64,000 bases of DNA from the NCBI GenBank assembly GCA_973895155.1, contig OZ316892.1, positions 17,660,357-17,724,356 on the forward strand. The letters are read 5' to 3'. The notes beneath the pieces are model-generated. The model had not been told where the DNA came from. It saw nothing but the letters and a program-made list of their open reading frames with translations, and ran no database searches. A program made the position numbers and the translations under genes. Shown piece after piece: positions 38,712 to 52,381 of this stretch; positions within the stretch are counted from its first letter, which is position 1, and the number at the start of each line of letters is the position of its first letter. This DNA comes from Marsupella aquatica. Its lineage: Eukaryota > Plantae > Marchantiophyta.

Positions 38712-41700
38712 ATCCGGATGAAAATTTCATGCAATATTGTATTAGAAGTACAACAAAAACATTGATATAACTGGAACTAAACACACCTTTAGAGGCATTT
38801 GTACTTAAAATACTGTTAATGAGAGAGAGGGGCAGGTGACGAATGAACCAAATTTGAGTTTGAGTTGTCATTCCAATCACCATATCTTTGAAGACTACAC
38901 TAGTACCATCCCAGTTAGTGCAGGGACTTTGCAAAACATTAGTTATCTCTTATCCCAGGAAATAATGCTAGGCCCAATATTATTTTCTTTTTTTCATTTT
39001 CAAAATTCAAATATAACAATACATTTGAAAAATCAATGTTTAAATCAAGATGCTTAGAATATCTGGAAAATGACATGGCAAAATTATTTGGAGGTTGTCA
39101 CAATGTTGTTATAGTGGGGCATGCATTTTAAATAATCATTTAGTTTCTGCGCCAGCCAGGATGGCACTATCTACTACTGTAATACGGTATCCTGCAAAAA
39201 AATGCCCATCATACAAAATCAGAAAAAGTGGGAACCAATCCTAGCCCTTTATCAAAAAATTATCTATCTAGCACCATCAGATCTACACCTCCTTCAATTT
39301 CAATTATCATGCCCAAGCTGCCCTTAGCCTGCCCAAACCTGCCCACGATGATTTGTTTTTTGAAAATTAAAACAAAAGAGAAAAATAAAAATAAAAATAT
39401 CCCTCCTTTCTCGCGGTTGTGCTTGCACTCTTCACGAGGTGCTTTTTCCCCTCACCTGCATTCCCTCACCTCTGCTTGACATCCTTGCCTCTTCAACCTC
39501 TTTGCCTCACCTCAATATCTAAACTCACCTCGACATTTTTGCCTTGTGTTGACATCTTTGCCTCGCCTCACATGATCTGCGCAACGCACAGACATTGGAC
39601 TCGTATCAAATCAGGGAAGATCTGATTGCTATCCATGAGGATGACTTTACAACACTTTGGGGGCCATTTAGTTTTACTCCTTACTTAGGAGATTAAATGT
39701 GAACCACATAAGGAGGGGAAAGGGTTGCCAGTTGGCTTTGCAAGAACTCAGGGTCCCATTTGGGTATGGTGTGCACGAATGGGACATGGCAAGCACTGGG
39801 CCCAAGAAAATATTTCTTTGGAGTGGGCATTTTGTATAAAATTTTGGTTCCTTCATTCAAGGGGTATGTGTTTATTTAACTTCATTTAAAAAGATTTTTG
39901 GTCTAAAGTCTATCTTTAGAACTAGAAGTAGCCCTCCACTTTGCTTTGGTGAAAAAAGTCGCACAGTGCCGCGACATCTTGTAAAGCCACCCTAAATTAG
40001 AAATATTTTAGCAGTAAGTGTTGTGCGGGTCCCACTTATGTACTGCCGTTGACTTTCATACTAGAGGCTACTTAAGTTCCCTCACAAAATACTGAAGAGT
40101 ATCACAGGCATTAAGTAAGCAATCTTGGGGAGTAGGAATGGGCTAGAACTCATGCCGACTAGTGGCTTGGTCCAAGGGGGTTTATGGGTGTAAGCCCCCA
40201 ATCCAGAGGGCAGGAGTAGGAGGCTTACAGCTGTGACCCCTTTGGACTAGGCTTTAAGAAATGGGTAAAGTTCATTTCTCTTCACAGGGATTGAATATTA
40301 TTTTGGGAAAGTTTGGATGTACATTTAGGACGGAACACTGTTCTTTAACCTATATTTCTTCACTGGCTAGCCAAGAAGTTGTACTCCAAGCTACTCTACC
40401 ATACAAAAGGGGCAAATTTAGATGTAATCTAAGAAAATATAAATGAATGTATTACATCAAAGAAAACCATAAGTTTGCATTTTTGGATCGATGGGGATTT
40501 GAATTCTAGGTCAAAAAAAGGCATGACACTATGCAATACCAATGCGCTGATATGCTAAAATTAGTGAAGCATGGGTCCACTACTAAAATCAGCCGATCAA
40601 CGTCCTCTGCTACAAAGTCAACTGTACAGGTGAATGTTGCTTTGTTGATGGATGTAAGGTCTTGAAACTCACTGATTATAAAAACTTGACAATTTTCTAT
40701 GAAAAAAAGGAAGATCACCTAGTCTCTGCCCCCATATAAATTCTTGGAGAACAATTCTCTTGTATTTTAGAGTTTTTTTTGGCATTCTAAAGTTGAGGCA
40801 TCCCATGTATTTTTGTGCTGTCTTAACGAATCAGATACATTTAAATCTCGTATTATTTTGTTGCTTAAAATCCAACTCTGTTTGCTGAATACGTTCATAT
40901 GCACGTATCCCCTTCATACTGTTTTTTGACTGTTGTGGTCCAATTTTCACTTTGCAGTGCGCAGAGCCCGCTGGCCAGGGACACCCCTAATTTGAATATG
41001 GTTCATGGGTGTTTTGATTGCAATTGTTTCAACGACACTTTGGGCACTCTGCCAGCTTTAGTAATCCGGCCGGTGAGCCCTTACTGATCAGCCAGGAGTG
41101 CACTCAGCCATCAGCCAGCTTCGGGCACTTAGCAATCCCTTGAAGGTGCACTAAGGAATCCCAACACACCGATTTGGAGAGCACTTAGCAATCAGTCTGG
41201 CTCCAGAGGGCTTACCACTCAGCCAGCTTTTGTCCTGAGTCCTGAATCAGATAGATTTAAATCTCCATTGACACTTGACTGGATACAACTTTTAACAGGT
41301 TTGGAAAGCTCTCATCAAGGCGTTTTGGAAAACTCTCATCAAGACAAGTAAAATGGATATACAGCGCTACCCAAATTGTCAAGCATTGACAATTCCTCCT
41401 GACTAATTTTGAATGGGAGTCTAAAAACAGAATTTAATCCATCATTTCCTCGATCTAATTACTATTGATGTAGGTCGGCCTAGGGTAAGGATGCTCTTAC
41501 GTTGAACAAAAAACTGAGCAAAGAACTTGCCTTTCCACGTAGGTTTGTCCAATCCAAATACCTTTGACTGAGGTACAAGTTCAGAACGGAAGCCACCAGC
41601 AAAGAACCTGCGTTTTCATATAGGTTTCTCCTGAAATGCAAATACCTCACCGAGGTACAAGTTTAACAACTGAACAGTCTGTTTTGACAAATATTACAAA

Positions 41701-43151
41701 TTTCGAACAAATGAGGTCTCAGGAGATTTATATCCTACTTAAAAGTACGAGACTTCATTACTGGCCCATCTGAAAACAGAAACTCTCCTATTTGAGTAGA
41801 TAAATTCATTACAGGCACATCCTGAGGATGAACTCAAAGAAAGAGCGTGTGGCATATACACGTTACACTTCTTCTACTGATTGAATAGACATTTGCAGGA
41901 AACAGCACACGGTTTTGTCATGGAAGGGTACCTCGCTTAGTACTCTGAGATTGTCTATCATTTGCAACATCTAGCCAGCGCAACTGAAAGATTTAATAAT
42001 TTCAAACCTTCATATCCACGTTACAAGTAGTAGTTATGATCGGACCAAAGACATCAGAAATTTGATTGTGAAGTAAAGAAGAGTCCATCCTGAGAGCAAA
42101 ATTACAATGTATATAACAGTGCGCTTACCTCTGCTTAACGTCAGGACTTTTCCTGGCAAGACCATATTTTCGTGACATGCCCATGGGAAAAGTTAACTGA
42201 TCATAGTTTACAGACAGGAAGGGCCAAGTGAATATGATAATGTAGAATTGCTTCTACATCGAAACTTCACAAGATTTAAAATCGGGGTCTCCAATTTACA
42301 TTCGCCCAGGATAATGACTAGATGGTGTGGATGACGTTCGGGATTCCAATCTAGAAGATGCATATTTCATGACTCCTGACAGCATTGTCTAGACCTTGGT
42401 ATCGACGGTATTAATGAGAAGTCCAGATGCCCGACTGAATCTCTACTAACCAATTAATGGTAACTTTTCATTTTGTTAAGTACAAGCAACCTTGATCCTC
42501 AGAAGACAAGACTCATTCTACAACCTCAGGACCACGCTTGGTTATCGCTGGTATGTCAAGATCAACGAGAATCCCCGAAAAGCTAAAAGTCCAGTACGCT
42601 AAAGGGCTACCAACTTCAGAGTATATCTGCACTGACGTGAAAGCTGCATCAACACATTGAGTCTTCAAAGACGATCAATTGAGATCATCATGGGGAGGAT
42701 CAAGAGACATTCTGACAGGGGTTTTTAGAACTTCTCGAGAAGCAGAACTGTCCACCATACAATTCATTTGTGGCATCGACCAAAATTATTCCTGGTAATG
42801 GCGATGTTTCATCAAGAATTAATCCAACAGATGCCCAGTCGACAGATAGCATTTCCAGAAATAAATAAACTGAAGGCAGAGATGGCCCAATCCGGTGGGG
42901 AACATGGCTCAACTTTAAGGTGTGCATGCTAATTGCGAGCATGGTTCGACTGGAACTGAGTGCAGGTTCGCTGAAGAAAAACAATGACACAATCGCTCAT
43001 GTATGTGGCACGATGGGAAGGATTTCTTATCTCTCTAAAATCCCTTCACCTTAAAAGCACGAAGATACAAACTCGTTTGGCATGCCTATGCAACATTGAA
43101 TATTCACTGTTGTCATCCAATCACCTGGTCTATAACCCACTCTTATAGGAG

Positions 43152-43880
43152 CTAAAGTCCCATACCTGTATCTTTCTCATCTGGATATGAAACGCACTTA
43201 AATACTTTACATCGAGGGCAGATCACTACCCCTGCCTGTCGCACAAATGTACACATGATTGATGAGATGTGATTACAACCAACATAAACATTTTTGCAAC
43301 CAACTCGCCTGCAGTGACCAGTACCAACGAAACAAATCTGCAAGCTACTAACCTGGAGCAAGCAGTTAGTGGGAACCAACTCGCCTGCAGTAACCAGTAC
43401 CAACAAAACAAATCTGCAAGCTACTAACCTGGAGCAAGCAGTTAGTGGGAACTCCCTGACATCAGTATTAGAGTGAAATACAAATGATGCCAATGTGGAG
43501 GTTTTTTTTTTCACAGGATGATAGGGACAGATTATCCAAGAAACTTATAGAGGACATCGACGATAAATGCGGTTGTTCTTGGCTTGAAAGTTGACCTTTT
43601 GCCCCTCACAAAAGTCGCAAACTAACCAGCCCCTGCCATTGCAGCTATCACAAGTAGTCGTAGGCTCCCCGGTAAACTGCAGTCTAAGAAGAGAGAGTTC
43701 CTGATTGGTGCAATTGCATAGTAAGAACATTCAAAATGAAGGAACTTCTGAGAGCTTCTGTGCGGTCAAATATCTTTACCTTCTTAAAGGTTCTCATAAA
43801 AAACTTTGTTGAGATGGGTGCAGGCAAAGAGCACAACAGTCAGCCTGTTCGTAAGCCTTGGCACTGTCGTGCCAGAACCG
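43152..43880 (-). pseudogene. Intron-containing fragment of a plant DnaJ-type cysteine-rich zinc-finger gene
   Basis: Exon ending 43780 (GT donor); exon about 43677-43550 FTGEPTTTCDSCNGRGWLVCDFCEGQKVNFQAKNNRIYRRCP; exon 43235-43152 AGVVICPRCKVFKCVSYPD. CxxCxGxG repeats. The third CxxC is truncated and its donor reads ataagt. Confidence 0.85.
43299..43452. repeat. 75-bp tandem duplication inside an intron
   Basis: accaactcgcctgcagt.accagtaccaac.aaacaaatctgcaagctactaacctggagcaagcagttagtggga x2. Confidence 0.95.
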
Positions 43881-45195
43881 TAAAACACGACTAACACTTA
43901 AACCGAAGGGATCCAATCCAGATAATTAGACCCAATTGTCTAATCGGCAATTGGACAATTGGGCTAGCGAAACAGAACTACTGGAAGAAAATCACAATAG
44001 GAGATGTACAACACGCTGCTATTACTGGTCTCGAAACATCTAAGAACTCCCTCCCGCCACTCTAATTCATAAACTACATGAATTCCCCTCCACTTAAATT
44101 CTCATTGTGTAATGTGTTCTGCCAGAATTTTTGGCTCGGATTTCCTTAAGATACATCAACATCATTCCATCTCCAATAAATGGTGGAAGATGCACTGAAC
44201 CCTTATTTCCCTGTCTGGGAGTTCTAATAGTAGGTCATTTTCTTAGTCTACGATCAATTTGAACTTTCCAATGAATTGTATGTCAAACGTTGTTCATTTC
44301 TGCCTAGCACATCTCATTCGTCAAACATTGCCCATGTACTTCCGGTGGACAATTCGGCCTTAATCTCGCGGATTAATGGCATCAGACCATAATTAAGCTA
44401 GTATCTTGGCTGTGATCAGCTGATGGTCAAGACAACCTTTCATGGGAAGACTGTCAGTCTTGATCTTTCATACGAGGGTTGCGGCGGTAGATTCCAGGTA
44501 CTATGTCTAGAGGTTCTATTGTGCCATACAACTGGAACGAACTGATTCGGATTAAAAAGCCTACAGAGTGCGTTGAGAAATTTAAATCTTTGTAAAGAAA
44601 CAGCTTACCAAAGGGCTGCAATCGGACCAGCAATGAAAAATGCTTGCCAGAGAGGAACTTATTTTGCAAGCATTAGGTTCTCTTAATCCAGAGGCAATTC
44701 AATATGCATTGATTTTGGAGTCTTCCTTGAATAGACATTCAAGGAAGCCTTGCACATTGATGTAGTACACAATGTGCAAATGTACATAGATCATTTGTTT
44801 GCAATATTTTCATCCTGGTCATTTCCTAATAATTGATCACAGGATGACCAATGGATGCACAGAGATTTGCACCTTCATTGGAGAAGAGAAGCCATAGCTA
44901 CACCACGAAAAGCAATCTCAGGCTCATAAAGAGCCTCTCGTACCAGATTGCCCACATTCCCTGCCCGCTGCCAGTGTTTGTTGCCAATGGTGACAATATT
45001 ATTTTAAGTGTCACTAGCGTTTGAATGAACCCCACTTTTGGGTGGGGAGATTGTTAAAAGTATCATGCCTTGCCAGGATTCCACCCCCAGACCTGTCGCC
45101 TCCCACTCAGATGCTCTACTATCAAGTCCCTAACCCAGTAATGACCATAGCTGGTAGTATATGGTATTTATACTAATACTAAGATCGTCGGTTAC

Positions 45196-47043
45196 ATTCA
45201 CGGAGGCGAGTCCCTGCATTGTCATTCAATGCACCTCAATTCTCCCCCATAGTCCACGGGAATACTCTCTCCATTTTTGTGTCTCACTTCAGTTTCAGGC
45301 CAGCCCCATTTTTGGGTCCCCCTTCAGTTTTGAGGAGGGCACAGATTTTTGATTGAGGAGTTCTAATGTTTGATGGTTTTAACTTATTCACAAATAATGT
45401 AAAACTATAATATCAATTTTAAAAATATCAATATATTTTTAAAGATAAAATATTAAATAATTATAAAATATTAAATGGTAATGAGCATGGAGAATTGATG
45501 CACAGAAGTAGTGTGTGACCTAGTGGTATTGGAGGTCAATTGAGACTAAGACGTGGCGTGTTCAAGGCACACGATGGGCAACTTTTCTTTTCTTTGATTG
45601 AGGGCATGGAAAGGAATGAACGTTGGAGGGGGCGGGGGTGTCTAATTGTATTTGAAAATGGAAATGGTAAATGAGATATACGTGGGGGGTTCAAGTAATT
45701 TGGAGATAGCAAAAATAACAAAGGAAACACCCATGAGAGCCAGGGAGATAAATTAACCTCTTTTGTTAATTTCCTATACCTGCCCATTGTTGTGAGGTGC
45801 CAATCATGTTCCTGGTGGGTAGTTGCTTTCAGTTTTAGGAAGAATCCAACAAAAGAGGTTAGCACAAGAAGCCAACATAAGAGGTTAGAAGTCAAAAGGC
45901 AAACAATACTAGAGGTGGTGTTGACAGGAGAAGAAAAGCCTTGTGCAACAAGCTGAGAAACCAGTAAGACAAAAGAAAGCCCCTATGAAAAAGGCACAAA
46001 AACCAACCCAGCAGAAGTCCCCTATGAAGCAAGTCCAAAAGTGTGTGGTAGAGAAGACAACAGGGCCGGGAGTGGTAAGTGTGCTCCAATTGACAGGTTT
46101 TGAAAGTTTGCAAGGAATTGGTGCAAGCATGGGTCTTAATTCTTTGAGTGTCTTGACAAATGTGTCAAGCACAGCACCTTTGGTACACTTGTTTTCCAGG
46201 GTAGCCAACTTAGACTATTTCCAACCTTGTATATAGAACCTGTAGATATGTGATTGAGTGATTAATTGTAGGGTGGTAGACTGCCATTGGCTTCTAGGTT
46301 TTCTATTGATTTGAAAACAAATTTCATGAATAAAGTTTTACTTCTTATACAATAAGATGTGTGCTTACCATAAATGGTTTAGGAGATAAATGGTTTTTTA
46401 TGTGATCATGTCTCCTCAACTTTTCTGTTGCTGCTATATGGTGCATCCTTGGTTCATATCCCCAAGTCCAATTTTTTTGGACATTATTTTAATTTTATGC
46501 CTGGCTCTGATGGGTGTCTCCTTTGTTATTTTTTCTATCTCCAAATTACTTGAACCCCTCATATATATCTCATTTGCCATTTCCATTTTCAAATACAATT
46601 AGACACCCCCGCCCCCTCTAACGTTCATTCCTTTCCATGCCCTCAATCAAAGGAAAGAAAAGTTGCCTGTCATGTGCCTTGAACACGCCACCTCGTAGTC
46701 TCAACTGAGCTCCAATACCACTAGGTCAGACACTACTTCTATGCGTCAATTCTCCATGCTCATTACCATTAAATGTTTTTAAATTATTTTATATTTTATC
46801 TTAAAAAATATATTGATATTTTTAAAATTGATATTATAATTTTATGTCATTTTTGAATAAGTTAAAAATGTCAAGCATTAGAAGTCCTCAAAAATCTGTG
46901 CCCTCCTCAAAACTGAAGGGGGACCCAAAAATGGGGCTGGCCTGAAACTGCAGTGAGACACAAAAATGGAGAGAGTATTCCGGTGGGCTCTGGGGAGAAT
47001 CGAGGTGCATTGAATGACAATGCAGGGAATCGTCTCCCTGAAT
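45196..47043. mobile_element. Non-autonomous long-TIR (foldback/Mutator-like) DNA element
   Basis: About 560-bp inverted repeats (45196 to about 45755; about 46490 to 47043); candidate 8-bp TSD tcggttac (45188-45195) / tcggttat (47044-47051). Confidence 0.9.
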
Positions 47044-47429
47044 TCGGTTATACAGCGGGCAGCAGGGGCGTATGCACGGGCTAATCATTGCTAAGTAACA
47101 TTGATTAGCCTCGATATTGCTTTTTGTCCTTAATTAGCTAAAGGCTCCTTGTCTTGTTGCTGTCAACGCTTTGTGTACTTCCTGGCTTTTGATACATTTG
47201 CCGGGAAGTTTTCACGGAAAAGATTTCCCTGTTTCCCAGCGAGCCTCACATGCACCAGCATTGGACTCACCTTTTGCTAACCAGGTTCCCTCTTGGTTAG
47301 AGCACTCCCACTAGAGCACACCAAAGAGCCCTGTCATGGGGGACATTTAGTGACCCCCTTAGTGACCCGAGAGTGTGCCTGGGTATCTACGCGTACCCCA
47401 CCCTTCCAACCTTTCACACTCACCAGAAA

Positions 47430-47616
47430 CAATAAAAGACTTAACAGGACCCCTCTGGCATCTCCTGGACTTAACCAGACCCACCCTTATGAGTAAGATG
47501 CCATCAAGACCTGGGCAAGATGGCCAGTCACAGGGGTCCTTCTAAGTCTTCATAGCATCTTGTTGGACTGTTAAGTCCAGGAGATGCCAAAAGGGGTCGT
47601 GTTAAGTCTTTTCTTG
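47430..47616. mobile_element. MITE family A, copy 3
   Basis: About 45-bp TIR CAA(G/T)AAAAGACTTAACAGGACCCCTCTGGCATCTCCTGGACTTAAC; perfect 9-bp TSD caccagaaa (47421-47429, 47617-47625). Confidence 0.9.
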
Positions 47617-50600
47617 CACCAGAAACAACTGAGGAAAGCTGAAAGGGTTGAGTGCACTTGCCAGAGCAATTTTGACAGACGTTTGATTGAAAGTGAGGGC
47701 AAATTGGGGTTGTCGACTTGCTATGGCGGGCTTAGTCCTGATTTGATGCTGCTATAATGGCTAATCCACGTTTCAGTATTTTGTCTTACTTGGACTTTCT
47801 GTTGTGTATTTTTTTAGTTTAATGGGCCTCAACAAGGTGCATTTGAAATTTGAATTTATTTTGGCACCTGTCTTCATAGTTTTATTCTTTGCTATCATTC
47901 AATCTTAATAAATAATATGCAAGAGCCAAAAAGAACTGTCATCACCTACTTATCTGGACAAGACATAACTTGTAACATGTTCCAGGATGAACATGCTATA
48001 TTTTGCTAGCTAAATAATGGAGTGAAGGAATGCTGCCCTCAGGAGGAAAGAGTCTGGCTGGAACGGGTGAATAGACCTGGGCATGTTAGGGGTTCAAAAA
48101 GTTGGCCGATGGGCTGGTCCTTTCCCTATCTTTGACCAGTTTGTGTACAATGTTAATATATGCATATATATTGGAACCAGTGTCTTTTTACATAACAAAT
48201 TAATCAAGAATAGCCACAGCAACTCAAGATTGTTGTACAACATGTGGGGGCCAATTACACATTTTTCTTCCCTCCAAGATTAAATCTGGACTGTATAATG
48301 AGTGCAAACAACTGTAGTTGGCTTTACAAGAAATAAGGGGGCCCATCATGTATGGTGTCTCACAAAACTACTTGCAAGCAATACCCAAGGAAGTGCTGAA
48401 GTGCAGTGCCTGTTTTGACTAGAATTTTGGAACGCTTTCATAGGTGGTCTAAACATTTCCAAACTTGGGCTCCTTCTTTCAAGAGATTTGCATTTATTGA
48501 AGTTCATTTCAAAATATTTTTGGTCTTTAGAACAGAAAGTGACCCTCCAGTTTACTTTAATTGGTGATAAAAATCCCAAGTGCCCTGACAAATGTACTTC
48601 ACATTAACATGAAAGCAGATCGAGCCAAAGTCTCCAAATCTAATGCAGCAGCCACTTTTGGACGAAAAAATAGTTAATCAAACCAAACCAGTAAGTTTTT
48701 GTGAGGTATGTGAGCTGGACATGTTAATATGGTCAGGTGTGCAGAACTTTGGACCTCCTGCAGCAGTAGCCTAACCTTTTGGCACAAAGTTCTAACCTTG
48801 TAAACCTATAGCTGGGCTGAAGCTATAAATCTGCAAAGCATCACGGGTCTGAGCCCTTGTCTGGTAGGTATGTTTGAATTTTGGGCAGGTTCATCATTTT
48901 AGGTCGCATTCAACTAAAAAGTAAAATTAGGGTGACAACACTCTTAACAAAAATACCAAGGCAATGCAGATCTACAAAAGTGCAAAAGTCACCTGATAGA
49001 ATGTGAAAGCTCAAACTAGATTACAACCGGAGCATAACGCAATAGATATGCTGGTAAGCCAACATAGTCTATTAGTATATTGGGTCCCTATTGAGACTTA
49101 CCCAATTTCACTGCACCTTACCTCCTAGTGTCCCTTACAACTTTTGCACAGGCCACCGCTCACCGCTTTCCATTCTATTTGAGCCAAGACTCCAGTAGTG
49201 ATTCCATTTACTCTTTAGACTGGTATGCACTAAAACAACACTTAGTAACCGCGTACAAGTCCAAATCCTTAATTAACCACCCTCCCTTTCACTTCAGACT
49301 TCATGTCCACCTCTTGTCCTTTGTTAAACTCCGTCCTTTCAACTTCTTTCCCCTGTCCTTGTCATAACCTTTTGACTGTGCTTTACAAAAAGTGGAGGCA
49401 CTTTACGCCTGTTCCAGTGTTTTTTTTAGTGGCGAAAATTCGCTAGATTCCACCTCCCCAAAAATCCTTCGCCATTTTTGGCTAAAATTCGCTACTTTTT
49501 TGCTGTCTCATTAGCCAGTGTTCCACCTAATCCCAGGCCCCATTAGCCAGAATCTAACGGTCCGCCTTAAATCTAGGGAGATCTGACGGTCAGGAACATA
49601 ATTGAATACAGAATCTTTTGAGCATCTTCTCCTTTGCCACACTTTACATTCCCCACCTTGGCGAAAAAGTAAAATCCTTAAAAAAAACACTGGCCTTTTC
49701 CCACCAAAGCAGACTGGGGCCACTTCTTGCTCTAAAGAGAGACCAAAATCTTTTAAAATGAAATTCAATAAATGCAATTCCCATGAATGAAGGAGCCAGA
49801 GTTTAAACATGTTTGGAGTTTGGACCACCTCTCGAGGTGGCCTCACATTCTACACAGAAATGAGCACTCACCATTTAAGCAATTGCTTGGGCCCACTGCC
49901 ATGTAGGTTTGGTAGACACCATATCTGAATGGGCCCCCCATTTTTTGTAAAGCCAAAAGCAACAGTTTCCACTCTCATTATAAGGAGGTCCCAATTCAAT
50001 CTAAGAGGAAATAGAACGAAGTAAAGGGCCCCTATTTCTTGTAAAGCCACCCTTAGATAGCTTACCCCCATTCCAATGTTTCCTTTCTTCCTTTTCTTTT
50101 CTGATTATTGCATTACTTATTATTACTCTTCAGCAAAAGGAACACTCTGGGATCTATAAGAGTTTAGAGGTTTGGATGAAAGCCCTATCCGAGCTTTTGA
50201 CTGTTACCACAGATAGGATATGTTAACTGCGAATATGCTAAAATGGATATCTCACGGGTCTGCCCCAGTATCATATATTCTTTTGAATCTATAGTTAATT
50301 CATAATCTAAGTCTACTCTCCATTAGATTGAACCACATACCATAAGATTCTGTACATTGAAAAATGATTAATATTTCAGAACACCCATAGGAAAATAAAG
50401 CCCAGATGGATAAGGCATTTGTTGTGAAACCTGGATGGATTGGTAAACTACTAGAGTCATCAAACTAGACCCAGGTAGCAAAATTTACGGTTTTGACACA
50501 AATCTGACTTGTAAATGGGCTCCTGAACAATTGCAGCTGCATTTATTTAGCTCGTGACTGGTAAGTGACGAGTAGCTCCTCCCACCCAAACTACTAGAGT

Positions 50601-52381
50601 CCTTCACAAAATTGAAGCATCATTCCCACAAGTGATAATTTGAGGCTCATGTTTGAAATACTCAGTGCTTTCTTCACAAAAACTGAAATGTCCAATGAAA
50701 GTCAGTTTATAACATTTGATCATTTTTTTGCTCATTGGAAAATGACACAAATGTTTTAAAAGAATCAACTTTATGAGATAATAGACAGAACATCAAAGAA
50801 CATGCTAACAAAATTTGAAAATAAATAGATATCCAAATCAAAATAAAGGCAGAGTGTGCCAAGGACCTGCAGTTCACAATTGGTTGGGGTGCCTCTAAAA
50901 ATCAATTGAGGTCATAGCCTTAGTAACAGTGAACATCCTTCCAAAGTAAAAGTGTAAATTGATAGATGATATCCCTATGTAAAAGTGTAAATCGATAGAT
51001 GATTTTACTCTGTCCTTGGGACAAGTAAAACAAACCCCTCTGTCGGTCCTGCTCTGTCCATCCGGACTTAAATATTCACACATAGGGGCAAGAAAATCCG
51101 GGCATAATATTCACACATGGGGGCAAGAAAATAATAGACAGTCAGTATAGTGCCTTCAAAATCACCGAAATGAAAAGAAAAACAGCCACACCATTCCAAG
51201 CTGTACATCCTGCGTGACCATTCCCGATCCATCTCTGTCGTTCCAGTCCACGACGAAAGAGTTGGCCTCAGACGTGGCAGCCTCGCATTGGTGCCCCAGG
51301 ACCCATCATAGAAAGGAGACTTGGCCCAGAAGGCTCCAAAAGCAGTCCCGTCCTCGGGTCCGACTACTCATCGACCGACGCGTGAGAACTGGATACTATT
51401 CTGGTCTCGCAACCCCGGACCAGACCTCGATGCACTGCGACCGCGGAGCCGGTCCTCTAATGAGAACCGCGCACATGGCGTAGCGGAGCTGGACCGCCAA
51501 TGGAAGGCAACTTACTGGACTACAGTCGTAGTAGATGGGTCGGGGCTGTCACAATCGGATGATATTTCTTGCCATCGAGTGGGACGGAATAATAATGATG
51601 GATGCAACTCTTTCATGGAGGTCGCTTTTTTTCGCGTCCATCGCTCGCCTCCCCCCGCTCGCGCGCCCTGTCCCCCGCCACCCCCCTACGGCCCAGATCT
51701 TCGCCCAAATTAAAGCATGGCGGCACCCGATATAGCGCACCGCAACTTTTTGGCCGGTACCGACTTCCCGGACGGATCCAGCGTATACTGTCGCGTAGTG
51801 ACATCTCGGTTCGAGCAAGGAAGTACGCCGAATATTAGCTGCTTTTTATTCGAGGCAATAAATGCCAAAATTGTGTTCGTGATTTAGTCCCCTATCTTTT
51901 CAACAAGAGTTAACACTAACCAGGGATGAGAATTAGATATTCATAAAGTCGTATTGCTTTTGAAAAGCCCATGAGTTTACCTGGAAACACTGATATGTCA
52001 AGCTTGCCGCGACGCATCTCGACCATGGTCAAGAGGCCAAACACAGGGGGTTTGCATCAGCGTCGGGTTCTACCAGGCTGTGACTAGAAACGTCGGGGCT
52101 GAACTGTGTCTCCGATCGATACAAGGCTGGTGCGAGGCGGGGTGGGGGCAGGGTCCGTGGGAGGGGAAGCATCGATGCATGATTGGCTTCCTTGAGCTCC
52201 CTATGCTGCCGAATTCAGTTGCGCTACACAATCGATGGGCATGATCCGAGGCGAGCAAGACAACTACGAAGAGAGGAGATGAATTGATTCCGCTTCAGCA
52301 TCCTTTGGTCATAAGCATTCAGAAGCTAGGAAATTTTAGGGATTTGCACCGCTAACCAGTCAATCTTTAGACTGTGCAACT

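Noticed and set aside
51214-51838. Overlapping ORFs in a CpG-rich island next to the Harbinger
   Set aside because: No recognisable domain; open frames are expected at this GC content.
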